Origin: an uncultured bacterium
GTDB taxonomy: Bacteria; Desulfobacterota; GWC2-55-46
Direction of reading: 5' to 3'
DNA: 64,000 bases
Assembly: GCA_905339405.1 (NCBI GenBank)
Contig: CAJPGC010000039.1
Coordinates: forward strand, 15,000 to 78,999
The translations under genes were made by a program, and so were the position numbers. Every line of letters begins with the position of its first letter. The first letter of the stretch is position 1. Below, piece by piece: positions 7,382 to 17,423 of this stretch. The notes below the pieces were generated by a model, which was not told the origin of the DNA, did no database searches, and saw only the letters and a list, made by a program, of their open reading frames with translations.

Positions 7382-8611
7382 TCAGCTGCTCAGGACCCGG
7401 CCCACCCTGTTGTCCTCGTCTACCGCGTCCCTCAGGAAGTCGAGCACCCCGGGTATGCCCGCGCTCACCCTCCTCCAGCTCGGTATGAGAGGCGTTCCCA
7501 TCGGGTTTTCCAGCACTGCAGCGGCCCCCTTGTGAATCGCCCTTATGAACGCCTCCACGGCCTTTGCCTCGCCGTGCCTATCGTAAACTAGCCCGTTTAT
7601 CGCGGCGTCGGCCTCGTATTTGACCATCGTGTCCTCGGCGAGCCTCAGGTAGCCCACTTCAAGGGACTTGAAAAAGTTGTCCGAGAACACCACGCCCTCT
7701 GCCGCGAGGACCCTGAATATGGACTTTGAGATGTCCACGCACATCTTCATGAGCCCCCTGCTCTCGTCCTCTGGGGAGAGATCCTGGTGCTTGTGCTCGT
7801 AATTGTCGGTTATGTCCACCTGACAGACCCTTTTCGCCGAATAGTTCCTGAAGACCTCCGAAAGAACGCCTACCTCGAGCCCCCAGTCCCAGGGGATACG
7901 GTTGACCCAGGCGAGGTCGGTTATCATGCAGAACTCCCCGGAAAGAGGGTACCTGAAATCATCGAGGAACGAGAGGAAGTCGTGGCCGCCCACCAGCTTC
8001 TGCAGGGCCCTCACGAGCGGAGTTATGAGGAGCCTTGTGACCCTCCCGTGCATCCTGTCTGTCACCCTGCTGTAAAAGCCTTTGCAGAACACCACGTCTA
8101 TGTTGGGGTTCATCACGGGATAGCACAGGCGCGCGAGCATCTCCCTGTTATAGTTCACGATGTCGCAGTCGTGGAGGGCTATGACGTCCGAGCGCCCGGA
8201 AGCTATCGTGTACCCGTAGGCGAGCCAGGCCGAACGCCCCTTGCCGTCCTCGCCAGCCCACAACCCGTAGTCTTCGAGCGTCGAGTAGAGCGCCTTTATC
8301 CTCTTGCCTTCGTTATGTATTATCTTGACGTCGTAGGGGATGTCGGACATGAACTTCATCGCTTTTTCGAACTCCTCGTCCGAAGCCCGGCCCAGAGAAA
8401 GAACTATCTCCTTTATGTACCTGACTCTCTTGAGCTCCTCTACTATGCCGCGGAGCGCGTCTGCCTCGAACTCTGAGTAAAGCGCGGGCAGGACCAGGGT
8501 TGCAGGCCTGCTCTTGGAAAAACCGGCCAGCTCGTGCTCTATCCTGTCGAGCCCGTCGCCGCCCAACCTGTGCAGCGTCGTTATGACGTCAGTCTGGTAA
8601 AAATCCGACAT
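7382..8611 (-). CDS. Glucosyl-3-phosphoglycerate synthase-like glycosyltransferase (GT81/GpgS family) with a C-terminal extension
   Basis: Recalled alignment to mycobacterial GpgS: VLPAL near the N-terminus, GKGRSAWLAYGY (GKG.A.W), DVIALHDCD (the DxD-type SDL motif region), and KGFYSRV...GRVTRL...PLSGEF (KSFYRRP..GGRVTEL..PLSGEY). Confidence 0.55.
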   Translation of the reverse strand: MSDFYQTDVITTLHRLGGDGLDRIEHELAGFSKSRPATLVLPALYSEFEADALRGIVEELKRVRYIKEIVLSLGRASDEEFEKAMKFMSDIPYDVKIIHNEGKRIKALYSTLEDYGLWAGEDGKGRSAWLAYGYTIASGRSDVIALHDCDIVNYNREMLARLCYPVMNPNIDVVFCKGFYSRVTDRMHGRVTRLLITPLVRALQKLVGGHDFLSFLDDFRYPLSGEFCMITDLAWVNRIPWDWGLEVGVLSEVFRNYSAKRVCQVDITDNYEHKHQDLSPEDESRGLMKMCVDISKSIFRVLAAEGVVFSDNFFKSLEVGYLRLAEDTMVKYEADAAINGLVYDRHGEAKAVEAFIRAIHKGAAAVLENPMGTPLIPSWRRVSAGIPGVLDFLRDAVDEDNRVGRVLSS

Positions 8612-8831
8612 GATTACCTCCTTTTATTACGGTGCGCCATCCAGAAACTCCCTTAAAAAATAAAAGGCCAGATGAACTTTCGTTCGTCTCTGGCCTACTT
8701 TCCCCATTGTGAACGGGGCGCGTCAGTCCGCGTACTAAGAATAACTTCAAAAGACGCCTTATGTCAATTTTTTTGGCCTAACCATCTGAATACTCAAGGG
8801 ATTTTCAGCCGGGCCAAACGGCGTGCCGCCT

Positions 8832-10679
8832 CTACTTCACGGCTTTCCCCGGCACCGTGAAATGGAAGGACGACCCGCTGCCCTCGGCTGATTCGACCCA
8901 TATCCTGCCGCCGTGGCGCTCGACTATCCTTTTGCATATCGCCAGCCCCAGCCCGGTGCCGGGATACCTCTTGCCGTGGACGCGCTGGAATATTATGAAG
9001 ACCTTGTCAATGTCCCCCGGGGCTATGCCCACGCCATTGTCCTTCACGGAGAAGACCCAGCCTTCGGCGCTTTCACGGGAGACGACCTCTATGACCGGCT
9101 TCCCGCCGGGCTTCCTGAACTTGATGGCGTTGCCGATGAGGTTCTGCAGGAGGCGGACGAATTGCGCCGGGTCGGCGTAGACAACGGGCAGCTGACCGCG
9201 TTCGACAACGGCCCCGCTTTCTTTTATTGCCGTCGAGAGGTTCTCGAGCGCGCCGTCCAGGACGGCGTTCATATCGACCCTCTCGAAAGCACCGCCAGCG
9301 GTGTTGACTCGCGAGAACTCGAGGAGGTCTTTTATCATGTGCTCCATTCTGGCCGCGCCGTCGACGGCCGATTCCACGAAGCCCTCAGCCTCTTGGTCGA
9401 GTCTTCCGGTAAGCCTCCTTTCTAGAAGACGCAGGTAGCTCGTCACCGCGCGCAGCGGCTCCTGCAGGTCGTGAGAGGCGACGAAAGCGAACTGCTGCAG
9501 GTCGGCGTTCGAACGCGTAAGCTCGTCCAGTACCTTATCGAGCTCCTCTTCGGCCTTCTTCCGCTCGGTTATGTCGCGGTCGATACCCCTGTACCCGCGG
9601 ACGACGCCTGACTTGCCGTAAAAAGGCACGCCGCCGCTTTCGAGCACCACGAGACGGCCGTCCTTCGTCAGGTTCCTGTTCTCAAGGTTTGAGAACGGCT
9701 CGGCCGCGCCCATCACCTTCGCGAAAAACTCCCTTACCCGGGCCGCCTCGCCCTCAGGCATCACGTCGAAAGGCGTCTTTCCGATGAGCTCTTCGGGTTC
9801 GTACCCGAGGATAGAGCGCACCTGCGGGCTGATATAGCTGTAGACGCCGTTTACGTCGACCTCCCATATGATGTCGTTCGTCGTCTCGACGAGGTTGCGG
9901 AACCGCTCCTCTTCGGCCATTATGGCTTCCCGCGCCTTCATGCGCTCGCGTATGTCGACGCTGCCCCTTCGGTAGGCGAACCCTATGCCAGCCATGCCCA
10001 GGACCCAGACGAGCAGATGCGAAGAGACGATAGTGCGGTCAAGCATCGTCTCCTTGGCGAGATAGGGCTTCATCGGCAGAGACACGCTTACACCTCCGCG
10101 AATGTCCCCCACCTTATAACCCTGATGGGCGTGGCACTTGAGGCACCCCTCCTGCGTGACCATCGGCTGCATTAGACGCAGATAAGGCTGCCCGCCGATT
10201 TTCGTGAACTCGACCTTCTCTTTGACTGCCCTGTTCTCGAATGACTTGAGGGCCTCCGCCTCCCAAGCGTCGGGTCTGTTCGCCGGGTTAAGGGGGTTCA
10301 GGCTCGTTATGTGGCCCTTTACGCCGTAAAGCTCGCTGTATTCGGCCATTGCCTGCTTCATGATATAGGCCGGGTTCATGAGGGTGAGCTTCTTGCCTGA
10401 AGGGAGCTCGATGTCCCTGTCGGGTATGTGGCTCAAGTAGGGGTTTGGCGGGGTAGTCTCACTGGGCGGGACGTAAACGCCGCCGTGGTTTGTCGCCCAG
10501 AAGCGGAACGCCTGGTCCTTGTTGAAGGTCGTCAATGCCTCCATTTTGGCCAGCTCGCGGGTATGGTCCCGCACCTGGCGGAGGTTCACGCCCACGGACG
10601 CCCCGGCAAGGGCCGTAAACGCGATTACTATGACGGCGGTCAGCCGCCTCAAATTGTAATATGTCCCTTTACTATGCAT
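8832..10679 (-). CDS. Sensor histidine kinase with a periplasmic DUF3365/Tll0287-like domain carrying a CxxCH haem-c motif, then PAS, HisKA and HATPase_c
   Basis: TM segment near the N-terminus. CLKCH (CxxCH) sits in the predicted periplasmic domain. A PAS domain follows (NDIIWEVD...), then the H-box (FVASHDLQEPLR) and N/G-boxes (GNAIKF.., GTGLGLAICKRIVERHGG). The likely start is the internal ATG (MHSKG...) with RBS GGAG; the longer ORF runs to 10727. Confidence 0.75.
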   Translation of the reverse strand: MHSKGTYYNLRRLTAVIVIAFTALAGASVGVNLRQVRDHTRELAKMEALTTFNKDQAFRFWATNHGGVYVPPSETTPPNPYLSHIPDRDIELPSGKKLTLMNPAYIMKQAMAEYSELYGVKGHITSLNPLNPANRPDAWEAEALKSFENRAVKEKVEFTKIGGQPYLRLMQPMVTQEGCLKCHAHQGYKVGDIRGGVSVSLPMKPYLAKETMLDRTIVSSHLLVWVLGMAGIGFAYRRGSVDIRERMKAREAIMAEEERFRNLVETTNDIIWEVDVNGVYSYISPQVRSILGYEPEELIGKTPFDVMPEGEAARVREFFAKVMGAAEPFSNLENRNLTKDGRLVVLESGGVPFYGKSGVVRGYRGIDRDITERKKAEEELDKVLDELTRSNADLQQFAFVASHDLQEPLRAVTSYLRLLERRLTGRLDQEAEGFVESAVDGAARMEHMIKDLLEFSRVNTAGGAFERVDMNAVLDGALENLSTAIKESGAVVERGQLPVVYADPAQFVRLLQNLIGNAIKFRKPGGKPVIEVVSRESAEGWVFSVKDNGVGIAPGDIDKVFIIFQRVHGKRYPGTGLGLAICKRIVERHGGRIWVESAEGSGSSFHFTVPGKAVK

Positions 10680-10874
10680 GTCTCCGGCCTTGCTGAACGG
10701 CGGCAGCGTTTGGATGAGTGAAAGCAAGGTTTATGCAGCTTACGTAAATTATATCATGCGGAAAGAGGGAGTGACTCTGAAAATCGAAAGTTGCCCGGGC
10801 CCGGAAAGCCGGTGAAAAGAAAAACGGGCGGCAACTTGAGTTGCCGCCCGCCGCCGTCGTTATTTAAAAACAGA

Positions 10875-13556
10875 TTATCCCCTGACGCCCTTGAGGTACG
10901 CCGAGGCCTGTCCGTTTATGGAAGCGCACGCGCTTTCAGGCACAAGCCCAACTATCCGCTCGAGTGCCGAAGCGGCCTTCTCCTTGAGATTCGGCTTGAG
11001 CCTTGCCACGTGCTGGAATGTATTGAGGAGGCGCGAGGCGGTCGTGGCGTTGACCGTGGCCAGCGACACGACGGTATCAGCGGCCCACTCAATGCCACGG
11101 TCCGTCCATACCATCTTGTTGTTTCCGGCCATCGTCAGAAAAAGCGCGCGGCACCAGGTCGGCTGGTTGATATCGAAGCTGCCCCTGTTCTTCTCGGCCT
11201 CGATCATGTCGAAGACGTCCGCCCCCGTCCCGCTGGAGACAACGCGAAGGTAGTTGGCGTACCCGCTCAAATGGCCGTGCCATTCGGCGTAGTACTTCTC
11301 GAGGACGCTCTTTCTCGACGGCTCGCCCGAGCGGTTCAATGCCGTAAGCGCGGATACGCGCTCTGTTGCAGTGCCCGCCCTTTCAAGAGAATCCAGGATG
11401 AGCCGGTGGCTCTCCTTCGTGTCGTCTATCGCTATGAGGTCGAGGAGAACGCCCTTGAGCATCCTCTCCTCTATGCCCTCCCTCATGCTCTTGCCGGTCG
11501 ACTGGCCCAGCGCCTTGAACTGCACGACAAGCCCGTCCCTGAACCGGCCGTTGACCGCTGACATGAGCCGCTCCCTCGCGGCCACAAGCTCGAGATACCA
11601 GGTAGCGTAGGAGCGGTCGACCGGCTGCTCGTCTATCCTGAGGAAGTACGCCTTCAGCGAGGCCGGAAGGCCCTTGTCAAAAAGGAAGCCGCCGTAGACG
11701 TCGAGCCACTCTGAGCTTATGGGGGCCGTGGGGTCGGCAAGGAGCTTCAGGCGCTCGATGTCGGTGAGCTTCCTCATTGCGTCTACGCGATTGTAGGCGT
11801 TCGGGTCGAGCCTGGCCTGCATGGAAAGGGCGCGTGCGTCTGCGTTCTCGTGGCGGAAGGTGCCGTAAAAAGAGCTGTCCCTGTTCATAGAGGCGAAAGC
11901 GGGCTCTTCGGCAAGCCCCTCGAAGACCACCTTGTCCTCGAACTTATTCAATATGAAGACCCGTCCGGCGCCTTCGATGTCCCGGCCCGCCCCGTCGACC
12001 AGGCCCAGCTCTATCGGCAGGAAAAAGGGCGGCCTTCCTTCCTCGGCCTCCTGACGGAAGCGCACGCTAAAGCGGCCCGCGGCCTTGTCGTATTCCGTCG
12101 TAGCGGTCACTTTCGGGTAGCCTATCCTGTAGAGCCATTCGCTCTTGAACTGCTTGAGGGATATGCCCGAGACCTCCTCGAAACACTCGAAGAACTGGTC
12201 GGTGTTGGCGTTCCCTGCGGCGTAGCGGCTGAAGTAGAGCCTCTTCCCGGCCTTGAAAGCCTCCTGCCCTATGACGAGGCGGAGCATCCGTATGACCTCT
12301 GCGGCCTTCACGTAGGTAACTCCGTCAATGAGTTCCTCCGGGTCGTTGAAGCCCTCCCTTACTATGCGGCCGTAGTGGCCCGCGTCCTCTATCGTCAAGG
12401 GGCCAAGAAGCGGCGCCCTTATCGAGTCGACCTGGTTCAGCCTCACGAAAGCCGCGTCAAAGAGGTCGGCCATGAACTGTCTTTCCACGTCGACGGTGTA
12501 AGCCTCGTTGAGCCAGACGTCGAAGGGCGTTTCCATCGTCGTCTCCGAGCCGCACTGGTTGTGCTCGAACTCGTGGACGATTACGGCGTGGGCGTACAGG
12601 AGCAGGTGGTCGAGCGTGTGAGGGGTTATGAGGGCGGCGTCGGTCACTATCGTAGTGTTCCCCAGGTTCTCCATGCCGCCGAAGTTGGACTTGGTCATGC
12701 ATATCGTGCGGTAGGTATCGAATTCGTACTCATAGTCCTGCGTCTTGCCGACCCACAGGACAGAGTCCTTCAGGATGGACATGGGCACGCGGGCCTCTTC
12801 CTTCGAGCCCGGCGGCACGAGGTACTCGAGGCGCACTTTGCGCCCCGAGGGGTAGACGGCCTCGTCGACGAGAGTGTCCCATGTGCCCGCCGCCACGAAA
12901 AACAGGTACGGGGCCATTGGGACCGGGTTCTCGTACGTTATTCGCTGGCGCGAAGGGTCGCCCTGCACGGGCACAGGGGCCCCTGCAGGGTTCGTCTTTG
13001 TGCTTACGTTGCCGTTGCTGATAAGGTGCGTGTAGGCTTTGTCCGCCTCTATGGTCGTGGTCATGGTGCACTTGGCGCGGCAGTCGTCGAATATCGGCAT
13101 TATTCGCTGGAAGCCCCACTGCTGGCACTGCGAGATGTACTGCTGCGGGGCTCCCTCAGGCGTTGTGTCCTTATATATGCCTTCGAGGATGTGCTCCGTG
13201 GGGGAGCACCTGCTTTTCGTCCTCACGAAAAACCTCTCTCCCGGCGCGACCCTCTTCGGCAGCTTCACCTCGAGCTTGTCCTTGTCGCGCCTGTATTCAA
13301 ACGCGAGAAGCTTTCCCTTTTCATCGTCCGGGCCGGAGAGCCATTCCACGCTTTCTATTTCGAGCTCCTTCGCGTCGAGCTGAAGCGAATCAAGCGGTCC
13401 AGCCGCGCTCATATGGAGGGTGTTCGATGCTTCTACCTTGTCGCGGGCGAAGTTTATGTAAATTGTCAGGTGCTCGAGCTTGACCGGGAGTTTCCCGAAA
13501 TCTTCCCTCTGGTATTTGAAACGCCTGGAGCTGGCCGTGCTTTCAGTTTTTCCCAC
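10875..13556 (-). CDS. pepN: M1-family zinc aminopeptidase (aminopeptidase N-like)
   Basis: GGMEN exopeptidase motif and HEFEH-X18/19-E zinc-binding motif. The N-terminus aligns with PepN (FKYQREDFGKLPVKLEHLTIYINF). A GTG at 13554-13556 preceded by GGAGGAAGG is the probable start; the ORF track extends it to 13622. Confidence 0.65.
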   Translation of the reverse strand: MGKTESTASSRRFKYQREDFGKLPVKLEHLTIYINFARDKVEASNTLHMSAAGPLDSLQLDAKELEIESVEWLSGPDDEKGKLLAFEYRRDKDKLEVKLPKRVAPGERFFVRTKSRCSPTEHILEGIYKDTTPEGAPQQYISQCQQWGFQRIMPIFDDCRAKCTMTTTIEADKAYTHLISNGNVSTKTNPAGAPVPVQGDPSRQRITYENPVPMAPYLFFVAAGTWDTLVDEAVYPSGRKVRLEYLVPPGSKEEARVPMSILKDSVLWVGKTQDYEYEFDTYRTICMTKSNFGGMENLGNTTIVTDAALITPHTLDHLLLYAHAVIVHEFEHNQCGSETTMETPFDVWLNEAYTVDVERQFMADLFDAAFVRLNQVDSIRAPLLGPLTIEDAGHYGRIVREGFNDPEELIDGVTYVKAAEVIRMLRLVIGQEAFKAGKRLYFSRYAAGNANTDQFFECFEEVSGISLKQFKSEWLYRIGYPKVTATTEYDKAAGRFSVRFRQEAEEGRPPFFLPIELGLVDGAGRDIEGAGRVFILNKFEDKVVFEGLAEEPAFASMNRDSSFYGTFRHENADARALSMQARLDPNAYNRVDAMRKLTDIERLKLLADPTAPISSEWLDVYGGFLFDKGLPASLKAYFLRIDEQPVDRSYATWYLELVAARERLMSAVNGRFRDGLVVQFKALGQSTGKSMREGIEERMLKGVLLDLIAIDDTKESHRLILDSLERAGTATERVSALTALNRSGEPSRKSVLEKYYAEWHGHLSGYANYLRVVSSGTGADVFDMIEAEKNRGSFDINQPTWCRALFLTMAGNNKMVWTDRGIEWAADTVVSLATVNATTASRLLNTFQHVARLKPNLKEKAASALERIVGLVPESACASINGQASAYLKGVRG

Positions 13557-13808
13557 TGTATGCCTTCCTCCAATGTAGTCTGTAGATGACGGGTATGGCT
13601 CAAGGGCGCGCCTCAAGCGCAATGGTAGATTATAATTGAAGAACGCGCGGATATCGAGTTGTTTGGAGGAAAAGGAAACGCCCCCTGCGGGACAGGGGGC
13701 GGCGGGGTTCGACTGCGGGAGTTAACTGCGGAAAAAAAGCGTGAAGAGGGGGGATTACAAGAGAAGTCTTTTATCAAAGCCCGCTTCTTGCGGGCGCGCC
13801 GTCACCTG

Positions 13809-14195
13809 TCAACTTTCGCTCATGCGGCCCTTTTCCGGGAACACTACCATCCGCACCATCTCGAGGAGCTGCTCGTGAGTGATCGGCCACGTCAGCCAGC
13901 AAGTCACCCCGGCTTCCCTCCATTCCATCTGCCGCTCCAGGTCTTCCTTGTGCGCGACCATGACCATCGGCACTCTTTTCATCGCGGGATGGGCCTTGAG
14001 CCATCTCAAGTGGGTCAGGTCGCTGGCCGACTTCGACTGGAAGGCTACGACGACGTCGGGGGAGAACCCCTTGTCGAGAAAGCCCATCAGCTCGTGCGTA
14101 CCCGGCGCGTGCCTGACGTCGAAACCTTCCGCGTCAAGCATGTACCCGACCATCGTCCTTAACGCCTGCCCTCCGTCCACGATTAGCGCCTTCAT
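13809..14195 (-). CDS. Single-domain receiver-like protein (CheY fold) lacking an obvious phospho-acceptor Asp (pseudo-receiver?)
   Basis: ALIVDGG...PDVVVAFQS... has the receiver layout, but I see no conserved D at the expected phosphorylation position. Confidence 0.5.
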   Translation of the reverse strand: MKALIVDGGQALRTMVGYMLDAEGFDVRHAPGTHELMGFLDKGFSPDVVVAFQSKSASDLTHLRWLKAHPAMKRVPMVMVAHKEDLERQMEWREAGVTCWLTWPITHEQLLEMVRMVVFPEKGRMSES

Positions 14196-14388
14196 CTGCC
14201 TCCAGGGCCGGCCGCTTCAAGCCGGACCCATTTGCGGAGCGTGCCTCTCACGCGCATTTGAATTATTTATCGGGAGGAGATGGCTTTTAACTAATCGGGA
14301 ATGAGGACTAATTTAGGGAGAAAAAGGTATTGAATAAGGGATAGGCCAAAAGGATGAAGCGTGTTGCCGTCCTAAAGGTTGAAAAGGG

Positions 14389-15042
14389 TCAGTCGGGGGT
14401 AACTATGCCTTTCTTGATGGCCGTCTTGATGAGGCTCGCCATGTCGTTGACCTTGAGCTTCTTCATTATGTTGTTCCTGTGGCTTTTGACCGTGGCAAGC
14501 GAGATGAAGAGCTTCTCGGCTATCTCCTTGGAAGTGGAGCCGTCGGCGATATGCTTCAATATCTCTTTTTCGCGTCCTGAAAGAGTGTCGAACGGGTCGT
14601 TGGACTGCTCTTTTTTTATGACGTCGACGAAGTCGTTCAAGAGCTCCTCTGTGACGGCTGGGCTGGCGTACTTGCCGCCCGAGCTTACGCGCTCTACGGC
14701 CTTGAGCAGTTCTCCCGGGTCGGAGTCCTTGAGCACGTACCCGAGCGCGCCAGCCCTGAACGCCTCAATCGGGTGGTTCAGGTCCGCGTGCATGGAAAGT
14801 ATTATGACCCTTGTTCCGGGGACCTCTTCGGCTACCCGCCTCGTCACCGCGATGCCGTCGAGGTCAGGCATGGTGATGTCGAGGATGGCTATGTCGGGCT
14901 TCATCACCGAGATGGCCTTCAAGGCGGTGTTCCCGTTGTCGGCCTCGCCCACTACGTCGTAGTCAGAGCCCGACAGTACGGATTTTATCCCGTTACGGAA
15001 GACCGGATGGTCGTCCGCTATGAATATCCTGATTTTCTTCAT
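14389..15042 (-). CDS. NarL/FixJ-family response regulator (receiver plus LuxR-type HTH)
   Basis: MKKIRIFIADDHPVFRNG...DIAILDITMPDLDG..., with C-terminal LSGREKEILKHIADGSTSKEIAEKLFISLATVKSHRNNIMKKL. Start taken at the internal MKK; the ORF track extends to 15108. Confidence 0.8.
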   Translation of the reverse strand: MKKIRIFIADDHPVFRNGIKSVLSGSDYDVVGEADNGNTALKAISVMKPDIAILDITMPDLDGIAVTRRVAEEVPGTRVIILSMHADLNHPIEAFRAGALGYVLKDSDPGELLKAVERVSSGGKYASPAVTEELLNDFVDVIKKEQSNDPFDTLSGREKEILKHIADGSTSKEIAEKLFISLATVKSHRNNIMKKLKVNDMASLIKTAIKKGIVTPD

Positions 15043-15352
15043 TGATTTGACTACCCCGGCAAGATGTAGGGCCATTATATAGATTATCGGGGCATGAATC
15101 AACCGCAAACCTTAAAGACAGCGTGGAAAAACCGGCTTCGAAAAAAACAATACAGTATTTACAGCTGGCTGAACGGACAAGGCGGTTGTCAGGGGATGTT
15201 ATCAATGGGAAAAACGGGACGCATTTGAGTGAGCAGGTAAGCTCTTTGAACATCGCTCACTCAGGCCGCTCAAAAAGTTCTTGATGCGAGTAGCCGGGGA
15301 AACGAGACGAGATGCGTACTCTCATGTACGACGCAAAGCCGGGAGACGGCGG

Positions 15353-17263
15353 TCAGTTGCTGGCCTTCCTCAACGGCTCTGCCCCCTTGGACCTTCGTAT
15401 TATGGCGTCGACCTCTTCGGCGTCGAGAGACTCGTTCACGATTAGCGCGGCGGCGAGGTCTTCGAGGACGCCTTTGTCCCTGTTGAGCATGGCGTCGGCC
15501 CTGCTTTCGGCCTCAAGCAGCATATTCCTTATCTCCTGGTCCATGAGCCACGCCATGTCCTCGCTGTAGCGCTTCTGGACTGAGATGTCCCTGCCGAGGA
15601 ACGGGTGCTCCTCTCCCCTGCCGAAGTTCAAGGGCCCGACCTTGTCGGACATCCCCCACTGGGCGACCATCTTCTCGGCCAGGCCGGTCGCGTTCTTCAG
15701 GTCGTCGTTGGCCCCGGAGCTCACGTCCCTGAATATGAGCTTCTCGGCGGCCCTTCCGGCAAGGGCCACGGCGAGCCTGTTCATCAGGTAGCTCCTCGGG
15801 TAATAATGCCTGTCTTCCTCGGGGACGAACTGGGTCGCCCCGAGCGACATGCCCCTGGGTATTATCGACACCTTGTGGATGGGGTCTGTGTGCGGCAGCC
15901 CCCATGACACGAGAGCGTGGCCAGCCTCATGGAAGGCGGTTATCCTCTTCTCCTGGTCCGAGAAAGTCTCCTCCCGCTTGGAGCCCATTATGACCTTGTC
16001 CATCGCCTCCTCGAAGTCCCTCGTATCTATCTTCTCCTTGCCCTTTTTCACGGCTTCGAGCGCGGCCTCGTTCACGAGGTTTTCGAGGTCCGCCCCGGTC
16101 ATGCCGGGCGTGCCCTTGGCAATCTTTTCCATGTCGACTTCTGTAGAGAGTTTCTTGTTCCGCGAGTGGACCTCGAGGATGGCTTTCCTGTCCTTCCAGC
16201 CCGGCCTGTCTATGACGATATGGCGGTCGAACCTGCCGGGGCGCAAAAGGGCCGGGTCAAGGACGTCCGGCCTGTTGGTAGCTGCTATCAAGATTATCTC
16301 CTCGTGCGGCTCGAAGCCGTCCATCTCGCTCAAGAGCTGGTTGAGCGTCTGCTCCCTCTCGTCGTGGCCGCCGCCGAGCCCAGCCCCGCGCGTCCTGCCG
16401 ACCGAGTCTATCTCGTCTATGAAAATGATGGAAGGCTTGGTCTCCCTCGCCTTCTTGAACATGTCCCTTACCCTGGACGCGCCCACGCCCACGAACATCT
16501 CTATGAACTCGGACGCGCTAATGCTGAAAAACGGCACTCCCGCCTCCCCGGCGGTCGCCCTCGCAAGAAGCGTCTTGCCGGTGCCGGGCGGGCCTATGAG
16601 GAGTATCCCCTTGGGCACCTTCGCCCCGATGGAAGCGAACCTGCCCGGGTTTTTAAGGAAGGCGACAGTCTCCTGCAGCTCGGTCTTGGCGTTCTCGAGG
16701 CCCGCTACTCCGTTGAACGTGACTCCCGGCTTCTTGACGTTGAAGAGCTTGGCCTTGCTTAGCCCGAAGTTGAAAAGACCTCCCTGGCTTCCCTGCCCTC
16801 CCTGCTGGACCCGCCGCATTATGAAGACCCATACGCCTATTATCAGCACCCATGGCAATATGAGCAGGAAGACCTGCCAGAAGCCCGACCCTCCGGAGGG
16901 CTTTACGTCTACCGACACGCCCCGGCTCTCGAATTCGTTCAATATGCCCGGGCCCTGGAACGGCGGCAGGTAGGCGCGGAAATCCATCGCCCTCACGGGC
17001 TCCTGCCCTTTGACCTGGCTTACCGTGACGGGCGAGATGAACTCACCGGAGACCTCCTCGCCCTCTATGGTGACTGAGCTTATGTTCCCGGCCTCGAGCT
17101 GGTTCCTGAACTCGGTATAGGTTATATTGTGGCGGGCGCCCGCGCCGGTGTCTACCGACTCGCCCCACAGGTAGATGAACGCTCCGAAAAGAATAAGGGT
17201 TATCGCTATTTTCCAGGCAGACCCCCTTTGTCCGCCTCCCGCGTATTTCCTTTCATCAGACAT
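15353..17263 (-). CDS. ftsH: ATP-dependent zinc metalloprotease FtsH
   Basis: N-terminal TM segments, AAA Walker A GPPGTGKT, Walker B IIFIDEID, SRH, and the HEAGHAL zinc-protease motif. Confidence 0.95.
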   Translation of the reverse strand: MSDERKYAGGGQRGSAWKIAITLILFGAFIYLWGESVDTGAGARHNITYTEFRNQLEAGNISSVTIEGEEVSGEFISPVTVSQVKGQEPVRAMDFRAYLPPFQGPGILNEFESRGVSVDVKPSGGSGFWQVFLLILPWVLIIGVWVFIMRRVQQGGQGSQGGLFNFGLSKAKLFNVKKPGVTFNGVAGLENAKTELQETVAFLKNPGRFASIGAKVPKGILLIGPPGTGKTLLARATAGEAGVPFFSISASEFIEMFVGVGASRVRDMFKKARETKPSIIFIDEIDSVGRTRGAGLGGGHDEREQTLNQLLSEMDGFEPHEEIILIAATNRPDVLDPALLRPGRFDRHIVIDRPGWKDRKAILEVHSRNKKLSTEVDMEKIAKGTPGMTGADLENLVNEAALEAVKKGKEKIDTRDFEEAMDKVIMGSKREETFSDQEKRITAFHEAGHALVSWGLPHTDPIHKVSIIPRGMSLGATQFVPEEDRHYYPRSYLMNRLAVALAGRAAEKLIFRDVSSGANDDLKNATGLAEKMVAQWGMSDKVGPLNFGRGEEHPFLGRDISVQKRYSEDMAWLMDQEIRNMLLEAESRADAMLNRDKGVLEDLAAALIVNESLDAEEVDAIIRRSKGAEPLRKASN

Positions 17264-17423
17264 ACTTAGAGTCTATAAGAGAATCCGGCAAAAGCAATGG
17301 GGGGGCGGCAAGGAAGGAAAAGGGGGGATTATGCAGAGTTTTATGATGAAAATGTAGCGAATGTCTTTTTTGAAGTTCTAATAGATATGAGATGTATGCT
17401 CACAAAGAGTTTTACCAAAAACC

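Noticed and set aside
11850-13589. Long ORFs on the strand opposite to real genes: 11850-13589 (+, 579 aa), 60346-61884 (+, 512 aa), 15849-16973 (+), 28280-29461 (+), 35569-37074 (-, 501 aa), 41699-42421 (-), 22224-22874 (+), and many 60-250-aa ORFs throughout
   Set aside because: All lie antisense to, or out of frame with, genes carrying clear conserved motifs (pepN, multi-PAS kinases, ftsH, the NtrC-like regulator, the P-type ATPase, nrdJ). Their translations are Arg/Pro/Gly/Ala-rich low-complexity strings, as expected for high-GC antisense frames.
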